NCBI GenBank assembly: GCA_964016885.1
Contig: OZ024743.1
Span: 133,052,001 to 133,116,000, forward strand
DNA from: Eledone cirrhosa
Lineage: Eukaryota
Length of the DNA stretch: 64,000 nucleotides
Direction of reading: 5' to 3'
Shown: piece after piece, positions 43,001 to 56,705 of the stretch
Numbering within the stretch: the first letter of the stretch is position 1
Layout of the letters: every line of letters starts with the position of its first letter
The notes under the pieces: model-generated
Told to the model about the DNA's origin: nothing
Databases searched by the model: none
What the model saw: the letters and a program-made list of their open reading frames with translations, nothing else
Made by a program: the position numbers and the translations under genes

Positions 43001-45750
43001 CACCAAGCGCTAAACATAAAACACTAAGCACCAAGCACCAAGCACCAAGCACCAAACACCAAACATCAAACACCAATCACCAAACATCAAACAGCAAACA
43101 CCAAACACCAAACACCAAACATCAAACACCAAACAGCAAACAACAAACAACAAATGCCAAACATCAAACGCCAAACACCAAACACCAAATAGCAAACACC
43201 AAACCGCAAACACCAAACACCAAACAGGAAACACCAAACACCAAACAGCGAACACCAAACAGCAAACACCAAACACCAAGCACCAAGCACCAAGCACAAA
43301 ACACCAAGCACCAAGCGCCAAACACCAAACACCAAGCACCAAGCACCAAACACCAAGCACCAAACACCAAACACCAATCACCAAGCGCCAAACACCAAAT
43401 ACCAAGCACCAAGCACTAAACACCAAGCACCAAGCACCAAGCATCAAGCACCAAACACCAAACACCAAGCACCAAGCACCAAGCACCAAGCACCAAACAC
43501 CAAACACCAAGCACCAAGCACCAAACACCAAACACCAAGCACCAAGCACCAAACACCAAATACCAAGCACCAAGCACCAAGCACCAAGCACCAAACACCA
43601 AGCACCAAGCACCAAGCACCAAACACCAAGCACCAAACACCAAGCATCAGACACGAAGCACCAAGCACCAACCACCAAACACCAAGCACCAAGCACCACA
43701 CATCAAACACCAAGCACCAAGCACCAAACAGCAAACACCAAACACCAAACAGCAAACACCAAACAGCAAACACCAAACAGCAAACAGCAAACACCAAACA
43801 CCAAACACCAAGCACCAAGCACCAAGTACCAGACAACAACACCAAGCACCAAGCACCAAACACCAAGCACCAAGCACCAAATACCAAACACCAAGCTCCA
43901 AGCACCAAACACCAAGCACCAAGCACCAAACACCAATCACCAAGCACCAAGCACGAAACCCCAAGCACCAAACACCAAGCACCAATCACCAAACACCAAA
44001 CACCAAGAACCAAGCACCAAACACAAAACACCAAGCACCAAGCACCAAACTCCAAGCACCAAGCACCAAGCACCAAACACCAAGCACCAAGTACCAAACA
44101 CCAAAAACCAAGCACCAAGCACGAAACACCAAACACCAAGCACCAAGCACCAAACACTAAACACCAGGCTCCAAGCACAAAACACCAAGCACCAAGCACC
44201 AAGCACCAAACACCAAACACCAGACACCAAGCACCGAGCACCAAACACCAAGCACCAAGCACCAAGCACCAAACACCAAACACCAAGCACCAAGCACCAA
44301 ACACCAAACACCAAGCCCAAAGCACCAAAGAGCAAAAACAAAACACCAAGCACCAAACACCAAACACCAAGCACCAAACACCAAACAGCCAACACCAAAC
44401 AGCAAACACCAAACACCAAATAGCAAAAACCAAAGAGCAAACTCCAAACACCAAACAGCAAACACAAAACACCAAACAGCAAACACCAAACAGCAAACTC
44501 CAAACACCAAACACCAAGCACCAAGCACCAAATACCAAGCACCAAACACCAAGCACCAATCACCAAACACCAAACACCAAGCACCAAGCACCAAACACCA
44601 AAAACCAAGCACCAAGCACCAAGCACCAAACACCATACGCCAAACACCAAACACCAAGCACCAAGCACCAAACACCAAGCACCAAGCGCCAAAGACCAAA
44701 CACCAAGCACCAAGCACGAAACACCAAGCACCAAGCACCGAGCAACAAACACCATGTACCAAGCACCAATCACCAAACACCAAGCACCAAGCACCAAACA
44801 CCAAACACCAAACACCAAGCACCAAGCACCAAACACCAAACACCATGAACCAAGCACCAAACACCAAATACCAAGCACCAAGCACTAAACACCAAACACC
44901 AAGCATCATGCACCAAGCATCAAGCACCAAGCACCAAACACCAAGCACCAAGCACCAAGCACCAAGCACCAAACACAAAACACCAAGACCAAGCACCAAG
45001 CACCAAACACCAAACATCAAACACCAAGCACCAAGCACCAAACACCAAACACCAAGCACCAAGCACCAGACACCAAGCACCAAGCACCAAGGACCAAACA
45101 CCAAACACCAAACACCAAACACCAGGCACAAAGCACCAAACACCAAGCACCAAGCACCAAAAACCAAAGACGAAGCACAAAGCACCAAAGAGCAAACACC
45201 AAACAGCAAACACCAAACACCAAACACCAAACAGCAAACACCAAACAGCAAACACCAAACACCAAATAGCAAACACCAAAGGGCAAACTCCAAACACCAA
45301 ACAGCAAACACAAAACACCAAACAGCAAACAACAAACAGCAAACACCAAAGAGCAAACAGCAAACAGCAAACACCAAACACCAAGCACCAAGCACCAAGC
45401 ACCAAACACCAACACCAAGCACCAAGCACCAAACACCAAGCACCAAGCACCAAACACCAAACACCAAGCTCCAAGCACCAAACACCAAACACCAAGCACC
45501 AAGCACCAAACACCAATCACCAAGCACCAAGCACCAAACCCCAAGCACCAAACACCGAGCACAAAACACCAAGCACCAAGCACCAAACACCAAACATCAA
45601 ACACCAATCACCAAACATCAAACAGCAAACACCAAACACCAAACACCAAACATCAAACACCAAACAGCAAACAACAAACAACAAACGCCAAACATCAAAC
45701 GCCAAACACCAAACACCAAATAGCAAACACCAAACCGCAAACACCAAACA
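28050..45750. repeat. Higher-order repeat, ~7.7-7.9-kb period, two copies plus a partial third (~43.0-45.7 kb)
   Basis: Offsets 7919 (28444 vs 36363), 7863 (29521 vs 37384; 30319 vs 38182), 7800-7801 (31232 vs 39032; 32197 vs 39998), 7836 (33639 vs 41475), 7718 (34243 vs 41961). The marker CATCATGCACC occurs at ~31576, ~39376 and ~44904. Confidence 0.85.
35630..36240. repeat. Duplication at 357-bp (51-unit) offset
   Basis: ORFs 35639..35869 and 35996..36226 have identical translations. Confidence 0.8.
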
Positions 45751-48700
45751 CCAAACAGCAAACACCAAACACCAAACAGCGAACACCAAACAGCAAACAC
45801 CAAACAGCAAACAGCAAGCAACAAACACCAAACACCAAACACCAAGCACCAAACTCCAAACACCAAGCACCAAGCACCAAGCACAAAACACCAAGCACCA
45901 AGCGCTAAACATAAAACACTAAGCACCAAGCACCAAGCACCAAGCACCAAACACCAAACATCAAACACCAATCACCAAACATCAAACAGCAAACACCAAA
46001 CACCAAACACCAAACATCAAACACCAAATAGCAAACAACAAACAACAAACGCCAAACATCAAACGCCAAACACCAAACACCAAATAGCAAACACCAAACC
46101 GCAAACACCAAACACCAAACAGCAAACACCAAACACCAAACAGCGAACACCAAACAGCAAACACCAAACAGCAAACACCAAACACCAAACACCAAACACC
46201 AAGCACCAAGCACCAAGCACAAAACACCAAGCACCAAGCACCAAACACCAAGCACCAAACACCAAACACCAAGCACCAAGCGCCAAACACCAAGCACCGA
46301 GCACCAAGCACGAAACACCAAGCACCAATCACCAAACACCAAACACCAAGCACCAAACACCAAACAGCAAACACCAATCACCAAACACCAAACACCAAAC
46401 ACCAAACACCAATCACCAAACACCAAACACCAAACACCAAACACCAAACACCAAACACCAAACAGTAAACACCAAACACCAAATAGCAAACACCAAACAC
46501 CAAACACCAAACAGCAAACACCAAACACAAAACACCAAACAACAAACACCAAACAGCAAACACCAAACAAACAGCAAACAGCAAACACCAAGCATCAACC
46601 AACAAACACCAAACAACAAACGCCAAACAGCAAACGCCAACCACCAGATGCCAAACAGCAAACGCCAAACACCAAACGCCAAACAGCAAACACCAAACAC
46701 CAAACAGCAAACACCAAACACCAAACACCAAATAGCAAACACCAAACAGCAAACACCAAACAGCAAACACCAAACAGCAAACAGCAAACAGCAAACAGCA
46801 AACACCAAGCACCAAGCACCAAACACCAAGCACCAAGCAACAAGCACCAATCACCAAGCACCAAGCACTAAACGCCAAGCACCAAGCACCAAACACCAAG
46901 CACCAAGCACCAAGCACCAAACACCAAGCACCAAAGACCAAGCACCAAATACCAAGCACCAAGCACCAAACACCAATCACCAAGCACCAAGCACCAAACA
47001 CCAAGAACCAAGCACCAATCACTAAACACCAAACACCAAGCACCAAGCACTAAACACCAAACACCAAGCACCAAGTAGTAAACTCCAAACACCAAACACC
47101 AAGCACCAAGCACCAAATCCCAAGCACCAAACACCAAGCACCACACATCAAACACCAAGCACCAAGCACCAATCGCCAAGCACCAAGCACCAAGCAACAA
47201 ACACAAAGCACCAAGCACCAAGCACCAAGCACCAAACACCAAGCACCAAGCACCAAGCACCAAGCACCAAGCACCAAACACCAAGCACCAAGCACCAAGC
47301 ACCAAACACCAAGCACCAAACACCAAACACAAGCACCAAGCACCAAACACCAAATACCAAGCACCAAACACCAAGCACCAAACCCCAAGCACCAAACACC
47401 AAGCACCAAGCACCAAACACCAAGCACCAAGCACCAAGCACCATGCACCAAACACCAAGCACCAAGCACCAAACAGCAAACACCAAACAGCAAACACCAA
47501 ACACCAAACACCAAACAGCAAACACCAAACAGCAAACACCAAACAGCAAACACCAAACACCAAACACCAAATAGCAAACGCCAAGAAGCAAACGCCAAAC
47601 CCCAAACGCCAAACAGCAAATGCCAAACCCCAAACGCCAGACAGCAAGCGCCAGACGCCAAAAACCAAGCGCCAAGCACCAAACACCAAACACCAAGCAC
47701 CAAGCACCAAGCACCAAACACCAAACACCAAGCACCAAGTACCAAACACCAAACACTAAGCACCAAACACCAAACAGCAAACGCCAAAAAGCAAACGCCA
47801 AAGCCCATACGCCAAACAGCAAATGCCAAACCCCAAACGCCAAACAGCAAGCACCAAACACCAAACATCAAGCGCCAAGCACCAAACACCAAACACCAAG
47901 CACCAATCACCAAACACCAAGCACCAAGCGCCAAGCACCAAACACCAAACACCTAGCACCAAGCACCAAGCACCAAACACCAAGCACCAAACACCAATCA
48001 CCAAGCTCCAAGCACCAAACACCAAACACCAAGCACCAAACACCAAACACCAAGCACCAAGCACCCAGAACCAAGCACCAAGCACCAAACACCAAGCACC
48101 AAGCACCGAGCACCAAACACCTAGTACCAAGCACCAATCACCAAACACCAAGCACCAAGCACCAAACACCAAACACCAATAACCAAGCACCAAGCACCAA
48201 ACACCAAGAACCAAGCACCAAGCACTAAACACCAAACACCAAGCACCAAGCACCAAACACCAAACACCAAGCACCAAGTACCAAACTCCAAACACCAAAC
48301 ACCAAGCACCAAGCACCAAATCCCAAGCACCAAACACCAAGCACCAATCACCAAACACCAAACACCAAGCACCAAGCACCAAACACCAAAAACCAAGCAC
48401 CAAGCACCAAGCACCAAACACCAAACGCCAAACACCGAACACCAAGTACCAAGCACCAAACACCAAGCACCAATCGCCAAAGACCAAACACCAAGCACCA
48501 AGCACAAAACACCAAGCACCAAGCACCGAGCACCAAACACCAAGTACCAAGCACCAATCACCAAACACCAAGCACCAAGCACCAAACATCAAACACCAAG
48601 CACCAAGCACCAAACACCAAACACCAAGCACCAAGCACCACACACCAAATACCAAGCACCAAGCACTAAACACCAAACACCAAGCACCAAGCACCAAGCA

Positions 48701-51700
48701 TCAAGCACCAAGCACCAAACACCAAACACCAAACACCAAGCACCAAAAACCAAGCACCAAGCTCCAAGCACCAAACACCAAGCACCAAACACCAAACACC
48801 AAGCACCAATCACCAAGCACCAAACACCAAGCACCAAGCACCAAGCACCAAGCACCAAACACCAAGCACCAAGCACCAAACAGCAAACACCAAGAACTAA
48901 ACACCAAATACCAAGCACCAAGCAACAAACAACAAACACCAAGCACCAAACACCAAGCACCAAGCCCCAAGCACCAAACACCAAGCACCGAGCACCAAAC
49001 ACCAAGCACCAAGCACCAAGCACCATGAACCAAACACCAAGCACCAAGCACCAAACAGCAAACGCCAAACAGCAAACACCAAACAGCAAACACCAAACAG
49101 CAAACACCAAACACCAAACACCAAACAGCAAACGCCAAAAAGCAAACGCCAAACCCCAAACGCCAAACAGCAAATGCCAAACCCCAAACGCCAAACAGCA
49201 AACGCCAAGCACCAAACACCAAACACCAAGCGCCAAGCACCAAACACCAAACACCAAGCACCAAGCACCAAACACCAAACACCAAGCACCAATTACCAAA
49301 CACCAAACACCAAGCGCGAAACACCAAACACCAAACACCTAGCACCAAGCACCAAGCAGCAAACACCAAGCACCAAACACCAAGCACCAAGCACCAAGCA
49401 CCAAGCACCAAGCACCAAACACCAATCACCAAGCCCCAAGCACCAAACACCAAGCACCCAGCACCAAACACCAAACACCAAGCACCAAGCACCCAGAACA
49501 AAGCACCAAGCACCAAACACCAAACACCAAGCTCCAAGCACCAAACACCAAACACCAAGCACCAAGCACCAAGCACCAAACACCAAACACCAAGCTCCAA
49601 GCACCAAACACCAAACACCAAGCACCAAGCACCAAACACCAAACCCCAAGCACCAAACACCAAGCACCAATCACCAAAACACCGAACACCAAGAACCAAG
49701 CACCAAGCACCAAACACCAAGCACCAAGCACCAAGCACCAAGCACCAAGCACCAAACACCAAGCACCAAGTACCACACACCGAACACCAAGCACCAAGCA
49801 CCAAACACCAAACACCAAACACCAGGCACCAAGCACCAATCACCAAGCACCAAGCAAAAACACAAAGCACCAAGCACCAAGCACCAAACACCAAACACCA
49901 AACACCAGGCACCAAGCACCAAGCACCAAGCAGCAAGCACCAAGCACCAAACACCAAACACCAAGCCCAAATCACCAAAGAGCAAAAACAAAACACCAAG
50001 CACCAAACACCAAACACCAAGCACCAAACACCAAACACCAAACACCAAATAGCAAAAACCAAAGAGCAAACTCCAAGCACCAAACAGCAAACACAAAACA
50101 CCAAACAGCAAACACCAAACAGCAAACTCCAAACACCAAACACCAAGCACCAAGCACCAAATCCCAAGCACCAAACACCAAGCACCAATCACCAAACACC
50201 AAGCACCAAGCACCAAACACCAAACACCAAGCACCAAGTACCAAACACCAAACACCAAGCACCAAACACTAAACAGCAAACGCAAAAAAGCAAATGCCAA
50301 ACCCCAAACGCCAAACAGCAAACGCCCAGCACCAAACACCAAACACCAAGCGCCAAGCACCAAACACCAAACACCAAGCACCAAGCACCAAACACCAAAC
50401 ACCAAGCACAAATCACCAAACACCAAACACCAAGCGCCAAACACCAAACACCAAACACCTAGCACCAAGCACCAAGCACCAAACACCAAGCACCAAACAC
50501 CAAGCACCAAGCACCAAGCACCAAGCACCAAGCACCAAGCACCAAACACCAAACACCAAGCACCAATCACCAAACACCAAGCCCCAAGCGCCAAACACCA
50601 AACACCAAACACCTAGCACCAAGCACCAAGCACCGAACACCAAGCACCAAACACCAAGCACCAAGCACCAAGCACCAAGCACCAAGCACCAAACACCAAT
50701 CACCAAGCCCCAAGCACCAAACACCAAGCACCAAGCACCAAACACCAAACACAAAGCACCAAGCACCCAGAACCAAGCACCAAGCACCAAACACCAAACT
50801 ACCAAGCACCAAGCACCAAACACCAAACACCAAGCACCAAGCACCAAGCACCAAGCACCAAACACCATACACCAAGCACCAAGCACCAAACACCAAAAAC
50901 CAATCACCAAGCACCAAAGAGCAAACACCAAGCCCCAAGCACCAAACACCAAACACCAAACACCAAATAGCAAACACTAAACACCAAACACCAAACAGCA
51001 AACACAAGACACCAAATAGCAAACACCAAACACCAAACACCAAACACCAAACAGCAAACACCAAACACCAAACACCAAACACCAAACAGCAAACACCAAA
51101 CAGCAAACACCAAACAGCAAACAGCAAACACCAAACACCAAACACCAAGCACCAAGCACCAAGCACCAAACAACAACACCAAGCACCAAGCACCAAACAC
51201 CAAGCACCAAGCACCAAACACCTAACATCAAGCTCCAAGCACCAAACACCATACACCAAGCACCAAGCTCCAAACACCAATCACCAAGCACCAAACCCCA
51301 AGCACCAAACACCAAGCACAAATCACCAAACACCAAACACCCAGCACCAAGCACCAAACACCAAGCACCAAGCACCAAGCACCAAACACCAAGCACCAAG
51401 TACCAAACACCAAACACCAAGCACCAAGTACCAAACACCAAACACCAAGCACCAAGCACCAAACACCAAACACCAAGCACCAAGCACCAAACACCAAACA
51501 CCAGGCTCCAAGCACAAAACACCAAGCACCAAGCACCAAGCAACAAACACCAAACACCAAGCACCAAACACCAAGCACCAAGCCCCAAGCACCAAACACC
51601 AAGCACCAAGCACCAAACACCAAGCACCAAGCACCAAGCACCATGCACCAAGCACCAAGCACCAAGCACCAAACAGCAAACACCAAACACCAAGCACCAA

Positions 51701-52362
51701 GCACCAAACACCATACGCCAAACACCAAACACCAAGCACCAAGCACCAAACACCAAGCACCAAGCACCAAAGACCAAACACCAAGCACCAAGCACGAAAC
51801 ACCAAGCACCAAGCACCGAGCACCAAACACCAAACACCAAACACCAAGCACCAAGCACCAAACACCAAACACCAAGAACCAAGCACCAAACACCAAATAC
51901 CAAGCACCAAGCACTAAACACCAAACACCAAGCACCAAACACCAAGCACCAAGCACCAAGCACCAAGCACCAAACACAAAACACCAAGTACCAAGCACCA
52001 AGCACCAAACACCAGGCAAAAAGCACCAAACACCAAGCACCAAGCACCAAACACCAAAGACCAAGCACAAAGCACCAAAGAGCAAAAACAAAGCACCAAG
52101 CACCAAACACCAAACACCAAACACCAAACAGCAAACACCAAACACCAAATAGCAAACACCAAAGGGCAAACTCCAAACACCAAACAGCAAACACAAAACA
52201 CCAAACAGCAAACAACAAACAGCAAACAGCAAACAGCAAACAGCAAACAGCAAACACCAAACACCAAGCACCAAGCACCAGGCACCAAACACCAACACCA
52301 AGCACCAAGCACCAAACACCAAGCACCAAGCACCAAACACCAAACACCAAGCTCCAAGCACC

Positions 52363-52375
52363 AAAAAAAAAAAAA
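52363..52375 (+). other. A13 homopolymer interrupting the heptamer phase (copy 1 of 4)
   Basis: CTCCAAG CACC A13 CACCAAG CACCAAA CCCCAAG. Confidence 0.95.
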
Positions 52376-55300
52376 CACCAAGCACCAAACCCCAAGCACC
52401 AAACACCAAGCACCAAGCACCAAGCACCAAGCACCAAGCACCAAGCACCAAGCACCAAGCACCAAGCACCAAGCACCAAACACCAAGCACCAAGCACCAA
52501 ACAGCAAACACCAAGCACCAAACACCAAACACCAAGCACCAAGCCCCAAGCACCAAACACCAAGCACCAAGCACCAAACACCAAGCACGAAGCACCAAGC
52601 ACCATGCACCAAACACCAAGCACCAAGCACCAAACAGCAAACACCAAACAGCAAACACCAAACACCAAACACCAACCAGCAAACACCAAACACCAAACAC
52701 CAAACAGCAAACACCAAACAGCAAACACCAAACAGCAAACACCAAACACCAAACACCAAACAGCAAATGCCAAAAAGCAAACGCCAAACCCCAAACGCCA
52801 AACAGCAAATGCCAAACCCCAAACGCCAAACAGCAAACGCCAAGCGCCAAACGCCAAACACCAAGTGCCAAGCACCAAGCACCAAACACCAAGCACCAAG
52901 CACCGAGCACCAAACACCAAGAACCAAGCACCAAGCTCTAAACACCAAACACCAAACACCAAACACCAAACAGCAAATGCCAAAAAGCAAACGCCAAACC
53001 CCAAACCCCAAACGCCAAACAGCAAACGCCAAGCGCCAAACGCCAAACACCAAGCGCCAAGCACCAAACACCAAACACCAAGCACCAAGCACCAAACACC
53101 AAACACCAAGCACCAAGTACCAAACACCAAACACCAAGCACCAAACACCAAACAGCAAACGCCAAAAAGAAAACGCCTAACCCCATACGCCAAACAGCAA
53201 ATGCCAAACCCCAAACGCCAAACAGCAAACGCCAAGCACCGAACACCAAACACCAAGCGCCAAGCACCAAACACCAAACACCAAGCACCAAGCACCAAAC
53301 ACCAAACACCAAGCACCAATCACCAAACACCAAGCACCAAGCGCCAAGCACCAAACACCAAACACCTAGCACCAAGCACCAAGCACCAAACACCAAGTAC
53401 CAAACACCAATCACCAAGTCCCAAGCACCAAACACCAAGCACCAAGCACCAAACACCAAACACCAAGCACCAAGCACCCAGAACCAAGCACCAAGCACCA
53501 AACACCAAGCACCAAGCACCGAGCACCAAACACCAAGAACCAAGCACCAAGTACTAAACACCAAACACCAAACACCAAGCGCCAAGCACCAAACACCAAA
53601 CACCAAGCACCAAGCACCAAACACCAAACACCAAGCACAAATCACCAAACACCAAACACCAAGTGCCAAACACCAAACACCAAACACCTAGCACCAAGCA
53701 CCAAGCACCAAACACCAAGCACCAAACACCAAGCACCAAGCACCAAGCACCAAGCACCAAACACCAATCACCAAGCCCCAAGCATCAAACACCAAGCACC
53801 CAGCACCAAACACCAAACACCAAGCACCAAGCACCCAGAACAAAGCACCAAGCACCAAACACCAAACACCAAGCACCAAACCCCAAGCACCAAACACCAA
53901 GCACCAATCACCAAACACCGAACACCAAGAACCAAGCACCAAGCACCAAACACCAAGCACCAAGCACCAAGCACCAAGCACCAAGCACCAAACACCAAGC
54001 ACCAAGTACCACACACCAAACACCAAGCACCAAGCACCAAACACCAAACACCAAACACCAGGCACCAAGCACCAATCACCAAGCACCAAGCAAAAACACA
54101 AAGCACCAAGCACCAAGCACCAAACACCAAACACCAAACACCAAGCCCAAATCACCAAAGAGCAAAAACAAAACACCAAGCACCAAAGACCAAACACCAA
54201 GCACCAAACACCAAACACCAAACACCAAACACCAAACAGCAAACACCAAACACCAAATAGCAAAAACCAAAGAGCAAACTCCAAGCACCAAACAGCAAAC
54301 ACAAAACACCAAACAGCAAACAGCAAACAGCAAACTCCAAACACCAAACACCAAGCACCAAGCACCAAATCCCAAGCACCAAACACCAAGCACCAATCAC
54401 CAAACACCAAGCACCAAGCACCAAACACCAAACACCAAGCACCAAGTACCAAACACCAAACACCAAGCACCAAACACTAAACAGCAAACGCAAAAAAGCA
54501 AATGCCAAACCCCAAACGCCAAACAGCAAACGCCCAGCACCAAACACCAAACACCAAGCGCCAAGCACCAAACACCAAACACCAAGCACCAAGCACCAAA
54601 CACCAAACACCAAGCACAAATCACCAAACACCAAACACCAAGCGCCAAACACCAAACACCAAACACCTAGCACCAAGCACCAAGCACCAAACACCAAGCA
54701 CCAAACACCAAGCACCAAGCACCAAGCACCAAGCACCAAGCACCAAACACCAATCACCAAGCCCCAAGCATCAAACACCAAGCACCCAGCACCAAACACC
54801 AGACACCAAGCACCAAGCACCCAGAACAAAGCACCAAGCACCAAACACCAAACACCAAGCTCCAAGCACCAAACACCAAACACCAAGCACCAAACACCAA
54901 TCACCAAACACCAAACACCAAGCACCAAGCACCAAACACCAAACACCAAGCACCAATCACCAAACACCAAGCCCCAAGCGCCAAACACCAAACACCAAAC
55001 ACCTAGCACCAAGCACCAAGCACCGAACACCAAGCACCAAACACCAAGCACCAAGCACCAAGCACCAAGCACCAAGCACCAAACACCAATCACCAAGCCC
55101 CAAGCACCAAACACCAAGCACCAAGCACCAAACACCAAACACCAAGCACCAAGCACCCAGAACCAAACAGCAAACACCAAACACCAAACACCAAACACCA
55201 AACACCAAACAGCAAACACCAAACAGCAAACACCAAACAGCAAACAGCAAACAAACACCAAGCACCAAACACCAAGCACCAAGCACCAAACAACAACACC

Positions 55301-56692
55301 AAGCACCAAGCACCAAACACCAAGCGCCAAGCACCAAACACCAAACACCAAGCTCCAAGCACAAAACACCATACACCAAGCACCAAGCACCAAACACCAA
55401 TCACCAAGCACCAAGCACCAAACCCCAAGCACCAAACACCAAGCACCAATCACCAAACACCAAACACCCAGCACCAAGCACCAAACACCAAGCACCAAGC
55501 ACCAAGCACCAAACACCAAGCACCAAGTACCAAACACCAAACACCAAGCACCAAGCACCAAACACCAAACACCAAGCACCAAGCACCAAACACCAAACAC
55601 CAGGCTCCAAGCACAAAACACCAAGCACCAAGCACCAAGCAACAAACACCAAACACCAAGCACCAAACACCAAGCACCAAGCCCCAAGCACCAAACACCA
55701 AGCACCAAGCACCAAACACCAAGCACCAAGCACCAAGCACCATGCACCAAACACCAAGCATCAAGCACCAAACAGCAAACACCAAACAGCAAACACCAAA
55801 CAGCAAACACCAAACAGCAAACACCAAACACCAAGCACCAAGCACCAAACACCATACGCCAAACACCAAACACCAAGCACCAAGCACCAAACACCAAGCA
55901 CCAAGCACCAAAGACCAAACACCAAGCACCAAGCACGAAACACCAAGCACCAAGCACCGAGCACCAAACACCAAACACCAAACACCAAGCACCAAGCACC
56001 AAACAACAAACACCAAGAACCAAGCACCAAACACCAAATACCAAGCACCAAGCACTAAACACCAAACACCAAGCACCAACCACCAAGCACCAAGCACCAA
56101 GCACCAAGCACCAAACACAAAACACCAAGTACCAAGCACCAAGCACCAAACACCAAACACCAAACACCAAGCACCAAGCACCAAACACCAAGCACCAAGC
56201 ACCAAGCACCAAACAGCAAGCACCAGGCACCATGCACCAAACGCCAAGCACCAAGCACCAAACACCAAGCACCAAGCACCAAGCACCAAGCACCAGAGAC
56301 CAAGCACCAAGCACCAAGGACCAAACACCAAACACCAAACACCAGGCACAAAGCACCAAACACCAAGCACCAAGCACCAAACACCAAACACCAAGCACAA
56401 AGCACCAAAGAGCAAAAACAAAGCACCAAGCACCAAACACCAAACACCAAACACCAAACAGCAAACACCAAACACCAAATAGCAAACACCAAAGGGCAAA
56501 CTCCAAACACCAAACAGCAAACACAAAACACCAAACAGCAAACAACAAACAGCAAACAGCAAACAGCAAACAGCAAACAGCAAACACCAAACACCAAGCA
56601 CCAAGCACCAAGCACCAAACACCAACACCAAGCACCAAGCACCAAACACCAAGCACCAAGCACCAAACACCAAACACCAAGCTCCAAGCACC

Positions 56693-56705
56693 AAAAAAAA
56701 AAAAA
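56693..56705 (+). other. A13 homopolymer (copy 2 of 4)
   Basis: Same flanks and length as 52363-52375. Confidence 0.95.

Noticed and set aside
7859-45925. Cassette A recurrences as a CRISPR-like repeat/spacer array
   Set aside because: The intervening DNA is the same satellite, kb-long and duplicated, not unique 30-40-bp spacers. No cas genes or leader are present.
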